From positions 65,288,001 through 65,352,000 of the forward strand of contig CM059432.1 in the NCBI GenBank assembly GCA_030390025.1: DNA of 64,000 nt, written 5' to 3'. Position numbers and translations under genes: made by a program. The stretch comes from Squalus acanthias (taxonomy: Eukaryota). Of the stretch, positions 27,018 through 40,586 are shown in pieces. The notes under the pieces are model-generated. The model did no database searches. It was given only the letters and a program-made list of their open reading frames with translations, and was not told the origin of the DNA. The first letter of the stretch is position 1; each line of letters begins with the position of its first letter.

Positions 27018-30000
27018 AGAATTTTCTGGGGCCCATGTGGGTGCGATTGGAGGCGGGTCAGGTGGGAAATTTGAAAAAAGTCGGAACGGGTCGGGAACCT
27101 GCCCACATCCCGCCCCCCGGGAGCATTTGCCAGTGCGGCAGAGGCTGGCGACCTAATTGAAATCATTATCAGCTTGTTGTCAGACACTTAAGTGCCTTTT
27201 CCACCCTACCTTTCACATTTTCCTGCATGCCCACGGGATTCACGCAGCTCGGGAACCATGTCTATCAACCTGAGGCTGGAGTTGAGTGGCCATTGCTCCA
27301 GCTGATTACTAGACAGCATCATATGTATTATAAAAGCTCCGACCTCACAGTTGATCACTTTCCTCAGGCAGAAGCTGTTGCTGACTACATTGCCAGCACA
27401 GATTTAACTTTCTGCAGGCTGCAAGTGTTTCCAGCAAAGTCTCCATCCAGTATTACCTCATTGGAAGAACCTCTCTCACCATTGACAGATTGTTTCTGTC
27501 AACTCTACTTGACCTGCCATCTATTCCATCAGCATGGGTGCCATTTACATTGTCTCACCTTGGTCCTCAGAATCAGACCATGATGAGCCCCAACACCAGC
27601 AGCACCAAGCACACCAGCAGCACCAACAACAACACCAACCTTCTCCGCAAACAACTGATGCTGCACAGGACAGAGGGCATCAGCACCCGAGCACATTGAT
27701 GCCTGGGAGGCCAGGGATGGCCTCATCATGGCCAGATTTACTTAACTTTATGCTGTAGACTTATATGGCTGCCACATGCACCACCCCACAGCAACACCTC
27801 AAACCATCCCTACAATGACCAAGCCATTCCTTTCACACTAATGACCATTGGTGGAGGTACTGTTATGTCTCACCATTCACTGCAGCTCACTAAGCCACTT
27901 CCAAAGGTGCACACAAATCTCTCCAAGACTGGAAAGTGGTGAAAATAAAGATTTTTATGGTTGAGATCACATTAACGGAAACTTGACATTAACATTGAAT
28001 AAAACACACAAGTGGCTACCCTTGTGAATCTACTTGTGTGTCAACTTTCTCTTATGCATGCTTCTACCAGGTGCTACCCCTGTGGCTTCAGCAGAGGTAG
28101 AGGCAGCCTGCTCACTTACCTGCTGCGACTGCTTTGACACTATTAGTGGACGTTCTCTGCTCTTCTTGCCACTGCGCAGGGGTAGACTCGGCCATCGCCG
28201 AGGAGGCATCTGGGGCTCTGACTGAAGGGGTGGTAACGGGGGAGACGTGTAAGCGCTTTGAGAAGAGCCCACACTTCCATGTCCCCTCTCACTATCATCC
28301 CTCTATTGGGCTACCCGCACTTCTCTGCTAGCAAGGAGGTGAAGATCACCTTGCTGCACAGCAGTGGGGCCATGAGGACCCACGTCTACACTGACATCCC
28401 TCCTAGAGAGGAGGTCTATGAGACTCTGCCATCTATTCTCCATAGAGACCATGTGCTCATGTGAGTGGCACATCAGCTGCTCCATTCAGGTGGCCATCTT
28501 TTCCATGGAAAAGCCTACAGTTGCCATTGCCTGCGACACGGTGGTGCTCATGTTGGAGATGGACTTCTCCATTCTCTGAACATTTGCAGACATCGCAGTC
28601 ACAAAACCTGTCAAAGCCTCCTGCACTTCTTGCTGCACCTCCAGGATCACCCTCTTTCTGGATGGCGCCCAAGGCTCAGCGTCTGATTGCAGCTGAGCAG
28701 AGCTGGGAGCGTCCTGCGCCCTCCAGTGAGGAGTCTCCACTGCTGTCCCTGTCTCCACCATCTGCTCTTGCTCACTTATGACTTGTGAGACACCAGGTGA
28801 CAACACTACACTATCTCGCGTGGGACCCACCGAGGTGTGCGTGTCTGCGCTGGTGCTGGGTGCGCTTATGTCTGGTGGCGGTGCGCCCTCAGAAGCTGGA
28901 GGCTCCTCTGAGGAGTTGTCTTCCTCTTCCTCCTGTCCATTGGGGGGCGGCTCTTGATGGACCTGTGTGCGAGTAAAGAGATGAGTTAGATATGTCATAT
29001 GAATAATGGGTACAGATACCATTATGCACATGATGACCATTCAGTGGCTGATGACATCAATCCCCATATGAGTGACTGATATGTAATTCTGTCACCAGGT
29101 TGCTGAGATGTCCCCCTCTCTCTGTCTCCCACCTCCAGCTACTCGCAAATCCCGATACTTCTAATGCAGCCTCCTCTGCTGTTGTAAGGGTGGCAAATGA
29201 TGGCGTTCCACTTCCAGTTCTCTCCCTCACCCTCTTATTGTGCGCTTTCTTTTCCTGCAAGGAGGGAAAGAAGAGAAGGTTGAGTGACAGTGATGGAATG
29301 AGTGTAAGGAATGGATGGGTTAGATCTTTAGAGGGAGACTATGATGGAGTGGGGTGGCAATGCTAAATGGCCTCCTTGTGTGTTGTTAGTTGGTATGATT
29401 GCGTTAGGATGAGGGTGAGTGTGAGGGGTGGCTAGTAAGATGGGGATGTGACAATGTAGATGGAGAGAGAGGGATGGGTGGACGTGCAAGGTATGTTGGT
29501 GTGAGTAATGATGTGCAGGAGTAGGGTTGGGAACGCAGAGTGATGGCGATGTGATGAGAGGCACAGCAGGATGAGGTTGAGTGTGGTTTGTACTCACCTT
29601 TCCTGATCTAATGAGATAATTGAAACATTTCCAGCACTGCACCCAGGTCCTCCTGACCACATCCCTGCTGTTGACCTCCTCTGCAATTTGGAGCCAGGCT
29701 CTTTTTGTCTCCTGGTGAGGTCTCTTCTACCCATTGGAAGGGAAGAGGACCTCCCTGTGGCAAGCATATGGAGGGAGTCATCGGAGAGCCTGGGTGCAGC
29801 CCTCTGCCTCTGTGCAGTCGTGTTTCCAAGTGTTTGGAACAACCAAAAGCTCTAGTGCAGTGATTGCACTCTCCTAGATGAACCTTCAAATGCAATGTGG
29901 CCATGGCTCCTTTAAATCTACCGTTTGAAAATGTGTCATGGATGATGTCATCAGACCCGCACCATCTAATTGGGTCGGGTAACACGCTGGGCGGCTTAAT

Positions 30001-30114
30001 AGGCCCCATTAGCACAAAGTCGATTTCTGGAGCGGGATGGAAGCAGCAACGGGGTCGTGACCCGCCACACCGACCGCCCGCACCCAACCCGCCCAGGTAA
30101 AGAAAATTCCGGCC
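27018..30114. mobile_element. Non-autonomous PIF/Harbinger element: transposase mostly deleted, Myb/SANT gene retained
   Basis: Right TIR GAAAATTCCGGCC, left AGAATTTTC; + strand transposase-like start joined to a GREARDGLIMARF C-terminus; convergent spliced Myb/SANT gene on the minus strand. Confidence 0.8.
28030..29830 (-). pseudogene. Harbinger Myb/SANT-like DNA-binding protein gene, three exons (~29830-29598, 29254-29096, 28962-28030), frameshifted
   Basis: RAAPRLSDDSLHML..RRTWVQCWKCFNYLIRSGK|gtgagt; ttgcag|EKKAHNKRVRERTGSG; cacag|VHQEPP..acidic region..RSMHKRKLTHK*. Confidence 0.7.
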
Positions 30115-31885
30115 GATGTCTTTCAGGCTCCAGCTGCCTATCCCTGGCACAATTCAAAGGGCAGGGATTTCTCCTGGTGTCCTGGACAACATTCATCTCT
30201 CAACTAACAACACCAACATAAAATGGGTTATTTATCTCATTTGCTGTTTGTGGGGCGTGCTGTGTGCAAATTGGCTGTTGTTTGTTTACATAGCAAAAGT
30301 GACTGTACTTCAAAATAATTAATTGGTGTTTTGGGACATCTTGAGGATGGTCAAAGTTGCTGTTTAAATGCAAGTTCCTTTTTTCCAAACGCTTTTGTGA
30401 TGGAAGTAACATTAAAGATATAACTGGAATAATTATATTCTGTGAGTCCTCCTAGTTGTGAGGTTTATATGAATCATCCATGAATCCATTTTGTTACACA
30501 ATTTTTTTAAGTTTAAGGAAATTATTATTTTTTCATACACATTTCTGTAATAAAAAATTGAAATACTGATCATTTAAACTGAAAATTATTATAAGTTTTG
30601 TAGAGTATATACTTTTCTGTTGACTTTTGACTATAAATCAGTGGTGAATTGCTTCAGTTTACTGTCGCTAGCAGTTTTGTACATCAGTATGCAAATATAG
30701 TCGTGGTACAAAAAAAATTGCTTTCTCTCTACTTGTACCAAGTACAGATGTAAGAATGAGTTAATGCAGTTTCGAAATAGCTCTACAGCTGGCTAGTATC
30801 TTGCTGCAGTTGCTGGGTGCGAGATTCCATAAATTGCAGTACCAACGCCTCAGGTCACTACGCATGATGTTATTTTAAGTTGATAACATCATTACCTGAC
30901 TAAAGCAAGCAGATCAAACCGAAGGTGCATCAATAGGGTGAAAGAATACATGTGATATTTGTCACTGCAAAAGTTATTGCTCCAGATCTGGTTTTGTTTC
31001 CATTTTATTATGTCTCTCAGTTAGGAATTAAATTGAACCTGAATCTTATAGCTGAAGAATTTTGCAAAGATAGAGCTGTTCAAAGATCCCAGAGTGTCAT
31101 CATTTATTAGTGAACAGGCTGCTATTATTCAGGTTTCTCCACTTACAGCTGATACGTTGGACAGATCTGCCTTAATATCTTGTATAATGGCACTTTACCA
31201 ATATGCAATAAAATCACACTTGCAATTTGGAAAAAAAAAGATCATTTATTTGTAGTCCAGAGTATGGTTTTCTTCCCAATTTCTGATTGCATTTTATTGT
31301 CAACACCACAAATCATTGACGAATTCCATGAGCCAATTTATAATATTGTCTGATATGCTATTTTTGACTATTCAAATAAATCATTGGCTTTGAGTTAAAT
31401 AAGTAATTTCCGATTCTATAAAAGGCATAGAAAAGCAACATGTTAGTCAGCAGAGAGATTAAAGAACTGTACCATCTGAATACAGAAGAGACAAGCCTGC
31501 CTTCACTGGTCCCTCTTCTGAGGTATCCAAACCTCTGAAAAGACAACAGACCTAGCAAGGCCAGCCTGAAGTCTCTTCCTTTGCATCCTTTGATTTCTGC
31601 TGTGACTGGCGGTCCATGTTCCATCATGCACTGCATCCTGAAATTCACTGCTCATTTAATGCACCACACTGCACAATATCCTTGATGGCTTTCTTTTTTT
31701 CCTGGGTTCCTACCCCTGCCTGAAACCCGTGATTAATATTATAAATGCACCAAATCAACAGCTACTCATGTGTGTAGCTAAAACACAGGATGCTGTGATT
31801 TTACCTAACATATGTAGTCCAAAACGCCAAGCCCGCTCGTGACCTGCCGTCAATCAGAGCATTGGGTACATAGGTCCAACTTGTA

Positions 31886-32721
31886 GGCCGCGATTTTGCC
31901 GGCGCTCAGAGAGGCGGGTCAGAGGTTAAAGGCCTATTGATTGATGGCGGGTCCCAAACCCACCGTCAACCTGCCTCCAAACAGCTTTCCTAAGTGTCGG
32001 GTCCCCGATTTGTGAATGGACCCGACACCTAGTGGCGGGAAATGGATTAAAGGCAATTACCTGCCTATTAACAGGTACTTGTCAGTAGTTTTCAGCCTGT
32101 TTTTGGATTTTCTTGCTTCTGGGTCAGGTTTCCCAACATCCGGACACCATGCCAGGTAAGTGTGGTGTGTTGTGAGTCTAGTGTAATGTTTGTGAAAAGA
32201 TGACAGCTGCAGAAGTGGTGTGAAGGATGCAAAGTTGCAGATGGTGAGCTTCAGAGCAAAGAAAATGTTGGTTACTGCATTTTTAAAACATATACATATT
32301 TCTTTAGCTTACAAGTTTTTAAATCCAACTATATGTCCAGAACCCCTCTCACCAGTGACAGATCGCTTCTGTCATCTCACCTGCAGCTGCCATCTATTCC
32401 AGCATATGGAGGGAGTCATTGGAGAGCCTGGGTACAAGAGTTCACCTATGTGCAGTGATTGTCAGTGTTTTCAGCACCTCAATGCTGTCAAACACTGAGA
32501 AATCAACTGTCAAAATAAAATTGTTCATGGTCCCTTTAAGGAAACCGGCAGATGACGCGTCATCAAATGATGTCATCAGACCCACTTCCTGTTAGGGCGG
32601 GCTTAACAAGGTCAATCAAGGGAAAATCACGTCTGTGGAGCAGAGGCAGCTGGGGGCGGGACCGGAACCCGGAAACCAGGTGACACGCACCCATCCCGAC
32701 ACCGAATGCAAAATCGCGGCC
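31886..32721. mobile_element. Harbinger-derived MITE (836 bp)
   Basis: Perfect 14-bp TIRs GGCCGCGATTTTGC / GCAAAATCGCGGCC and 3-bp TSD GTA. Confidence 0.92.
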
Positions 32722-33184
32722 GTAGTGTTTTTGATCTTCCAGCCATTAAATTTACATCTCCAGTAACTGTTTCAAACTAAATCTTTTTCAAACATTTGTT
32801 TATTTTTTCCAAATTCTCATCATCTTTGTTTTAACTAACAACCAAGAAAGAAAATGAAGCATTTTCTATTCCCTATGGAGTTGTAAACCCAAATTAAGTA
32901 AAAGAATCTGGTATTTTAATTGTTTTTTTTGTTTTGTTACAGTTAAACAGCTAATTTTCCAAAGTTTCTCCATTTAACTCCAAAAATGCCATCTTTATTT
33001 TAAGAAATGGATCAACAGCAACAACAACCTGCATTTATATAATGCCTTTAAGCAAAGTAAAACATCCCAAGGCACTTCACAGGAGTGTAATTAGACAAAA
33101 AATAATTAAGGCCGAGCCAAAGAAAGAGACATTAGGGCAGGTGAACAAAAGCTTGGTCAAAGAGGTAGATTTAGAGGTAAAACC

Positions 33185-35345
33185 TTGGTCCAGACGGATT
33201 ACATCTGTGCATTTTAAAAGAATCTAGGGAAGAGATAGCAGAGGCACTATTACACATATTTAATAATTCGTTCAAGAAAGGTGTAGTGCCAAAGGACTGA
33301 TGGATAGCTAATGTTATACCTATATTTAAGAAGGGAGATAGAACATGTCCACGGAAGGAAAATCTATTTTAAACATCCCTGACAACAAGAAGAACTTTAA
33401 TACAAAAGAGAACTGTTAATGATAGCTAAACCACATTGAAATAGGAATATGGAGGAACATTTTTGACAGACATTACTCAGACAAAAGGCAGCTGTAGCAA
33501 AGGACAAATCTGGGGTTGCTATGGAACCAGCGGAACCGACCAGCACTGTCTTGAGATAAGGCTCTCTTTACACTGCAACAAGTGACACACATGATGAACT
33601 AACTCCACTAAACTTTTAACCATCCATGAAAAACAAAGAGAAAAGCTATGCTTGAAGGAGCCAATCATTGAGGTGTACATGTGAAAGCCACGAGAGGAAT
33701 CTGAACACAAAAAATATAAGAACTGACACAATACTTAGTTTTTTGCTGCAGTCGGCCAGGATAAACGTATCCTGGTCTAACGACGTCTAAAGATTTCAAC
33801 AGACTTCAAGTGATTGCCGGTTTGGCCACCAGGCACTTGAAGACTCCAGGAGAAGTTAAAATCAGTACTGTGTGGTCTTCTGTTAAGCTGGATTCAGGTG
33901 TATGAACCCCACTCTAACATCTAATGTGGGAGGTGTGCAAGTCATAAATAATCCTACACCAGGGAATTATAGACTAGTCAGTTTAACATCGGTAATAGGA
34001 AAAATAATGGAATCCTTACTAAAAGGAGAAAATAGAACAACATCTAGAAACCAAAAATATAATAATGCATAGTCAACATGGATTTTAAAAGGGAAGTCTT
34101 GCTTGGCCAACTTCATTGAATTCTTTGAAGAGGTAACAGAGAGAGTAGACAAGGGTAATGTAGTAGATGTAATATATCTAGATTTTCAAAAGGCCTTCGA
34201 TAAGGTACCACATAATAAACTAATGACTAAGGTCAAAGCATGCAGAGTCAGCGGACAAGTAGCAGAATGGATAGTTAGCTGGCTGCAAGATAGAAAGCAG
34301 AGAGTAGGGGTAAAGGGTAGCTATTTAGAATGGCGGAAGTGGGGTCCCACAAGGATCAGTGCTGGGATCACTGTTGTTCATAATTTATATTAACGATTTA
34401 GACTTTGGAATTAAAAACACAATTTCTAAATTTGCGGACACCAAATTGGGAGAGATAGTCAATACTGCAACAACTTACAAGAAGACATTAATAAACTTGC
34501 AGAATGGGCATATAATTGACAAATGAATTTCAACATAGATAAGTGTGAGGTATTACAATTTGGTAAGAAAAATAAGGAGGTCACATATTACTTGGAAAAT
34601 AAGAATCTAAATGGGGTAGAGGAGCAAAGGGATCTGGGAGTACAAATAGACAAATCATTAAAAGTTGCAACACAAATCGATAAGGCAATATCAGAAGCAA
34701 ATCACGCACTAGGGTTTATTTCTACAGGGATAGAATTGAAAAGTAGAGAAGATATGCTAAACTTGTGTTAAACCTTGGTTAGGCCACACTTGGAGTACTG
34801 TGTACAGTTCTGGTCGTCATATTATAAAAAGGATATAGAGGCACTGGAGAGGGTGCAAAAAAGATTTAAAAGGATGATATCAGAACTGTGAGGTTATACT
34901 CATCAGGAAAGGATGAACAGGCTGGGTCTCTTTTCTCTTGCAAAGAGAAGGCTGAGGGATGATCTAATAGAGGTCTTTAAAATTATGAAAGGTTTTGATA
35001 GAGTAGACACAGAGAGAATGTTTCCACTTGTGGGGAAGAGCAAAACTAGAGGCCATCAATATAAGATAGTCACCAAGAAATCATATAGGGAATTCAGAAG
35101 AAACTTCTTTACATAGAGAGTGGTGAAATATGGAACTCACTACCACAGGGAATAGTTGAGGCGAATAGTTTAGATGCATTTAAGGGGAAGCTAGAGGGAG
35201 CATATGAGGGAGAAGGGAATAGAGGGTTATGCTGATAGAGCTGGATGAGAAAGGATGGGAGGAGGCTCGAGTGGAGCATAAATGCCGGCATGTGCTGGTT
35301 GGGCCGAATGGCCTGTTTCTGTGTTGTATATTCTATGTAATTCTG
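33185..35345 (+). mobile_element. CR1 LINE inserted in an L2-like fragment, itself interrupted at ~33352-33958
   Basis: RT fragments ([32 protein letters not shown]); L2-like sequence stops at ~33175 and resumes at ~35350. Confidence 0.88.
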
Positions 35346-36003
35346 TTATTTTAAGGCAGATCTTAAAGGAGCAGAGAGAGGTCAAGAGGCAGAAAGGTTT
35401 AGGTTGGGAATTCCAGAGCTTTCACCATGGCAGCTGAAAGCATGGCTGCCAATGGTGGGGCAAAGGAAGATCAGGTAGAAATTTGTCTTAACTCAAAATA
35501 ACCTTGTCAGCGTTTGCTTTTAGTTAAATTTTTAAGACAAAAAATTTGGTGAGAAAGTTAGTCAATATAAATATAGGACTACAGAAGAAAGGTAAACTTC
35601 AGTGGGACAATTGGCATTTTTACTTCTGTAATTTTTCTTACGCTCTTTTTAATAAAGAACTGAAAAATTACTAGATAAAAAAATGTAGAAACAAATCTTT
35701 TATTTCACCCTTACAATGCTTAATTTTCACCAAAAACTGTTTAGTTTATTTAATGTGATTGATTCTCATATTGCTTGAATTCATTGCATAACAATGTTAG
35801 ATTTTATTTCAACTCAATTTCAGTTAGATGTTAGCAATTTCCTCAGAGCACATCATAGCAGTTATCTTCAAATCTCTACATTTAAAAAAAAATCAGTAAA
35901 GCTGAGTGTGTGCCAATGAACAAAGGTTATGTTTACCAAGGGTCATTTATTATCAGTTCTGAGCATCAAACTAGTAACTCAAAAGTTTTCCTGCCATACT
36001 CAC

Positions 36004-36121
36004 TTATTGTGCAGCCAGACAATTTTAGGCTTGGGGTTCCCCTCAGCTCTACAGGTGAAGTAGACAGTATTTCCTAAGGCTACATCTACATCCTGGGGCT
36101 GTGAAGTAATGCGGGGTCTCT
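36004..36121 (-). CDS. PXDN: Peroxidasin-family exon, first half of Ig-like domain 1 (not in ORF track)
   Basis: Minus strand tttttttttccag|AG AGA CCC CGC ... CAC AAT AA|gtgagt; 118 bp; (E)[38 protein letters not shown](N); its phase-2 end joins in frame with the exon starting at 914 (AA|C = Asn). Confidence 0.92.
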
Positions 36122-36304
36122 CTGGAAAAAAAAACCAAGTTGCAATACACACATATTTAAACAGTGTACGTGTTCAGTACAAAAATATCTCATTTCAGTA
36201 CATTCAGTTTTACCCTTGAAGATGGTATTTTTGTCTTTTATTTAATTATTAGTAATGGAAAGTTGGGTACCAATCTTGACAATACTATTTGTGATTCTGC
36301 ATAT

Positions 36305-36718
36305 AAAGAAAGAAAGACGTGCATTTATATCACGCCTTTCATGTCCTCAGGTGTTCCAAAGCGCTCTACAGCCAATGAAGTACTTTTGAAGTGTAGTCAC
36401 TGTTGTAATGTAGGAAATGCGGCAGCTAATTGTGCACAGCAAGCTCCCACAAACAGCAATGGGATAATGACCAGATAATCTGTTTTAGTGATGTTGATTG
36501 AGGGATAAATTTTGGCCACAACACTGGGGATAACTCCCCTGCTCTTCTTCGAAATAGTGCCACGGGATCTTTTACGACCACCTGAGAGAGCAGACGGGGC
36601 CTCAGTTTAACGTCGCATCCGAAAGACGGTACCTCCGACAGTGCACCACTGTACTGGGAGTGTCAGCCTAGATTTCTGTGCTCAATTCTCTGGAGTGGGA
36701 CTACAACCCACAACCTTA

Positions 36719-36750
<32 letters not shown>

Positions 36751-36762
36751 GTTGGCTAACAC
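36305..36762 (-). mobile_element. DeuSINE (SacSINE1-like), near full length
   Basis: tRNA-like head, Deu domain and (CTTT)n tail. Confidence 0.88.
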
Positions 36763-38119
36763 TCGAACATATCTGTATTCTTTTTCCTACTGGAATAAGC
36801 AAACTAGCCTTTGGTTTAGCCATTTTGTTTTAACTAGCTAAAATCAGTTAGCTAAAATCAGTTAAATCTATGAAGAAATGCTGAGGTCATTTGTTTACTG
36901 TATGAAAAATGATTAGAAAAATAGGAATATATAAGAAATAACACAATAGTAGCAATGTTTCACTTAAGGGCTAGTTATACTGCCACTTTAATGTTGGTGC
37001 AGGTGTGCATCATGACAAAAGTGGCAGCACAACTCTGGAGTCAGTCTCTGACCTAACCCCAGAAGGTCAAGCAGTGAAATCAAGCAGTGTGAACTTCACT
37101 CACAAAGGACCTCTCACATTGCTTGGACCCACTCTCCCAGTGGGAGCCACATGGAGTTAGGATAGGATGATGTAATTCATCCTGAATTCCGTGACTTTTA
37201 CCTTCCCATCCGCCCTTGAGAATGTGTGCCATTGTTTAAAAGTTGCAGTTTGTCAGGATCTGTTCATCAAGATGGAAGTATTTAGTTAAAGGGGGGCACC
37301 ACTCAATTGAAATTGCTTGTGGGGTCTTTTGGCCTTATCTTGGGACTTTCTGTAGGTATTCCACAAAAAAAATTCACTCGGAAAGCTCTCCCCTATATTC
37401 TGCGTTTCCCTTGGAAAGCATTACAGGGATTTTAACTCCCTCTGCTTGGTGGGAACCAACAGTATGGGAGTTAAAATTAAATTGTTAGACTTACCAATGG
37501 TCTTCTGTCCCACCACCATCTTCCTGCCATTGGTTTAATTGGCAGCTGAGATGCCAGCCTGACTCAGGCAGGTGCTTCATGAAGATACTTAAAGCAGGCT
37601 CCTATTACATGTAAATAGAACCCCAAGGTCATTTTTATGGTCTACTGGGCAGAACAACTGCCGTGGATGCTCCACTCAGTAGAACCTGCCGGCTAAGAAG
37701 TGGAAGCCCTCAAAGGTAGGTGAAAAAAATATTATGTGAGGCCAGGAGGAGCAGGAGGGCTCTTCCGCGTCCTAGAAAATGTATCTGGGCTGCTACTGCC
37801 CCAAGTTACGCACACCTACAATTGAAAACATAACCCCTTTTGGGACTTAGCTGTCTGCTAGAGGAGTAGCCTCTAGTTGGCTCGATATTGCAACAGCCCA
37901 AATCCGGCGAGGTGCATGAGGATGCCCGTTTGAAATGGACACCTTGCCGGTTCTATTTAAATTAAGTCCAGCCCTCTAAAAAGTTCAGGTCTCCTGCTGC
38001 ACCTCCTGATAGATTAGCCCACAATTTCTACCAATTGGCTACCCAAATGATAATAAAACAACCAAACAACCCCTTGTATTTCAGCACAATTAGTGAGATA
38101 GGATCCGAGAGATGCCTAA

Positions 38120-38815
38120 AGCAGATTAATCAGACAGCATGAGAGGAGAGCCAGACCATCCCAGCTACCCATCCAGCAGGATTTATAAATCCAGGTCCAT
38201 TTTCTGAGAACTTTCCCAGGAGCTTTGTCTCAGGAAGCTATACGTCAGTCATAAAGATTTGGAGCAGCTCTGTTCATCGTTGCAGCTAGATCTGCAAGCA
38301 AAGTCCACAGCATGTGCAGCTCTGACTGTGGCACAGAAAGTGACCGCAGCCGTCAACTTTTATGCTACAGGGTCGTTTAAGGGTAACAAGGGATTTTTGT
38401 CAGATCAGCCAAATTGTCGTCCACCCCTCTATAAAGCAAGTCACTCATGCCCTCTTTGCCAGGGAAGTTAATTTCTATAATTTGATAATGCTCCCAGACA
38501 GATGACTCAAAAATCTTTCTGAATTGCAGGATACTCCAGGGTTGCAGGGCTAAAGATTGCACCCATATGACATTGCTTGCCCCAAATATAAACTGCTATA
38601 TTTACATGAACTGCAAAAGTTTCCATTCCGTAAGTGTGCAGCTCATTTGCTAATACACTCAAAGCTTCTTGCACAAGAAGTCACAACATGATGAGAATTT
38701 TCATGATGCTTTTACACTTCATCAGTCCAGTGTCTCAGCGGGGCAAGGGCCATGATGGCAGCTGGCCAATAAAGAACACCCGCTACTCCCATGGCTGATG
38801 ATGCCTCGTCGTAGG
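38120..38815 (+). pseudogene. Degraded PIF/Harbinger DDE transposase
   Basis: LQLDLQ..ALTVAQKVTAAVNFYATGSF, ..DCTH.., YMNCKSFHSVSVQLIC (HARBI1-like motifs); the element probably extends to a TIR-like end GAAATTTCCAGGCCC at ~41778. Confidence 0.7.
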
Positions 38816-39096
38816 TCCAACAACAACAACTTGCATTGATATACCACCTTTAACGCAGTAAAACGTCCCAAGGTGCTTCACAGGAGTATTATCAAACAAA
38901 ATTTGGCACCGAGCTACATAAGGAGATATTAGGGCAAAAGCTTGGACAAAGAGGAAGGTTTTAAGGAGCATCTTAAAGGAGGAAAGAGAGCTAGAGAGGT
39001 GGAGAGGTTTAGGGAGGGAATTCCAGAGCTTAGGACCTCGGCAGGTGAAGGCACGGCCGCCATTACTGTAGAGTAGCTCTACAATGAAGCACATAT

Positions 39097-39567
39097 GAAA
39101 GAAAGACTTACATTTATATAGCGCCTTTCATGACCACCGGACGTCTCAAAGCACTTTACAGCCAATGAAGTACTTTTAGAGTGTAGTCACTGTTGTAATG
39201 TGGGAAACGTGGCAGCCAATTTGCGCACAGCAAGCTCCCACAAACAGCATTGTGATAATGACCAGATAAACTGTTTTTATTATGTTAATTGTGGGATAAA
39301 TATTGGGCAGGACACCGGAGATAACTCCCCTGCTCTTCTTCGAAATAGTGCCATGGGATCTTTTATGTCCACCTGAGAGAGCAGACAGGGCCTCAGTTTA
39401 ACGTCTCATCTAAAAGACGGCACCTCCGACAGTGCAGCACTCCCTCAGTACTGCACTGGAGTGTCAGCCTAGATTTACGTGATCAAGTCGCTGGAGTGGG
39501 ACTTGAACCCACAACCTTCTGACTCAGAGGCGAGTGTGCTGCCCACTGAGCCACAGCTGACACGGCA
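39097..39567 (-). mobile_element. DeuSINE (SacSINE1-like), full length
   Basis: TGGCTCAGTGG A box, GGTTCAAGTCC B box, Deu domain and tail. Confidence 0.9.
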
Positions 39568-39954
39568 TGGATAAGAAATGAGCAAGCCATCGGAATGCTC
39601 AAAGGGAGGTTCTGGTGTCTGGATGGGATCCGGGTGCCTTGAAGTATACGACCAGCACCATCTCGCGAATTGTGTGCTTTGCAATCTTGTAATTAGGAAA
39701 GGACTAATAGTAGTTGCCAGAGAGCCTGATGGTGACACTCATGATGCTATAGATCCAGCGTAAGTAGAACAGGAAGTAGACACAGTGGCAATGGTTGCTA
39801 GATAGCTAGAAACAGACGCATTCCGACACCTTCACAGGTGAGTAAAGTTCTATTATTTGGAAGTCTCACCAACCCTGCTCCTCATAGTTAGCCATCACAT
39901 CCTAATTATGAGCATCAGTATCCACATTACCTGTAATCCATTGTCATACTAGAG

Positions 39955-40510
39955 AACACCTGGAGTACTGTGAGCAGTTCTGGGCCCCACACCTTAGGAA
40001 GGATATATTGGCCTTGGAGGGAGTGCAGCGTAGGTTTACCAGAATGATACCCGGACTTCAAGGCTTAAGTTATGAGGAGAGATTACACAAATTAGTTTTG
40101 TATTCCCTAAAATTTAGAAGGTTAAGGGGTGACCTGATCGAAGTTTTCAAGATATTAAGGGGAACAGCTAGGGTAGAGAGAGAGAAACTATTTTTGCTGG
40201 TTGGGGATTCTAGGACTAGGGGGCATAGTCTAAAAATTAGAGCCAGACCTTTCAGGAGTGAAATTAGGAAACACTTCTACACACAACGGATGGTAGAAGT
40301 TTGGACCTCTCTTCCGCAAATGGCAATTGATGCTAGATCAATTGTTAATTTTAAATCTGAGATTGATAGCTTTGTATTAATCAAAGGTATTAAGGGATAT
40401 GGGATATGGGCCAAAGGCGGGTATATGGAGTTAGGTCACAGATCAGCCATGATCTTATTGAATGGCGGAACAGACTCGAGGGGCTCAATGGCCTACTCCT
40501 GTTCCTATGC
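39955..40510 (+). mobile_element. CR1 LINE 3' fragment
   Basis: ORF 40008-40613 QRRFTRMIPGL..RLRGDLIEVFK. Confidence 0.88.
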
Positions 40511-40586
40511 TCCTAGAACCAAACACCAAGCAGTCCTTACATCAAATATTTCAATAATTTTTAACAACTATTTACAAAAACATTAT

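Larger units (their letters stand above)
26870..30385 (+). mobile_element. DeuSINE split by a Harbinger element (parts ~26870-27012 and ~30115-30385)
   Basis: Head and Deu-domain start lie before the insertion; the sequence resumes gtctttcagg after 30114. Confidence 0.65.
915..36003 (-). other. 35,089-bp GT-AG intron of the peroxidasin-family gene
   Basis: Canonical donor at 36003 and acceptor at 915, phases compatible, and the joined peptide WLHNNNELHM is continuous. Confidence 0.85.
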
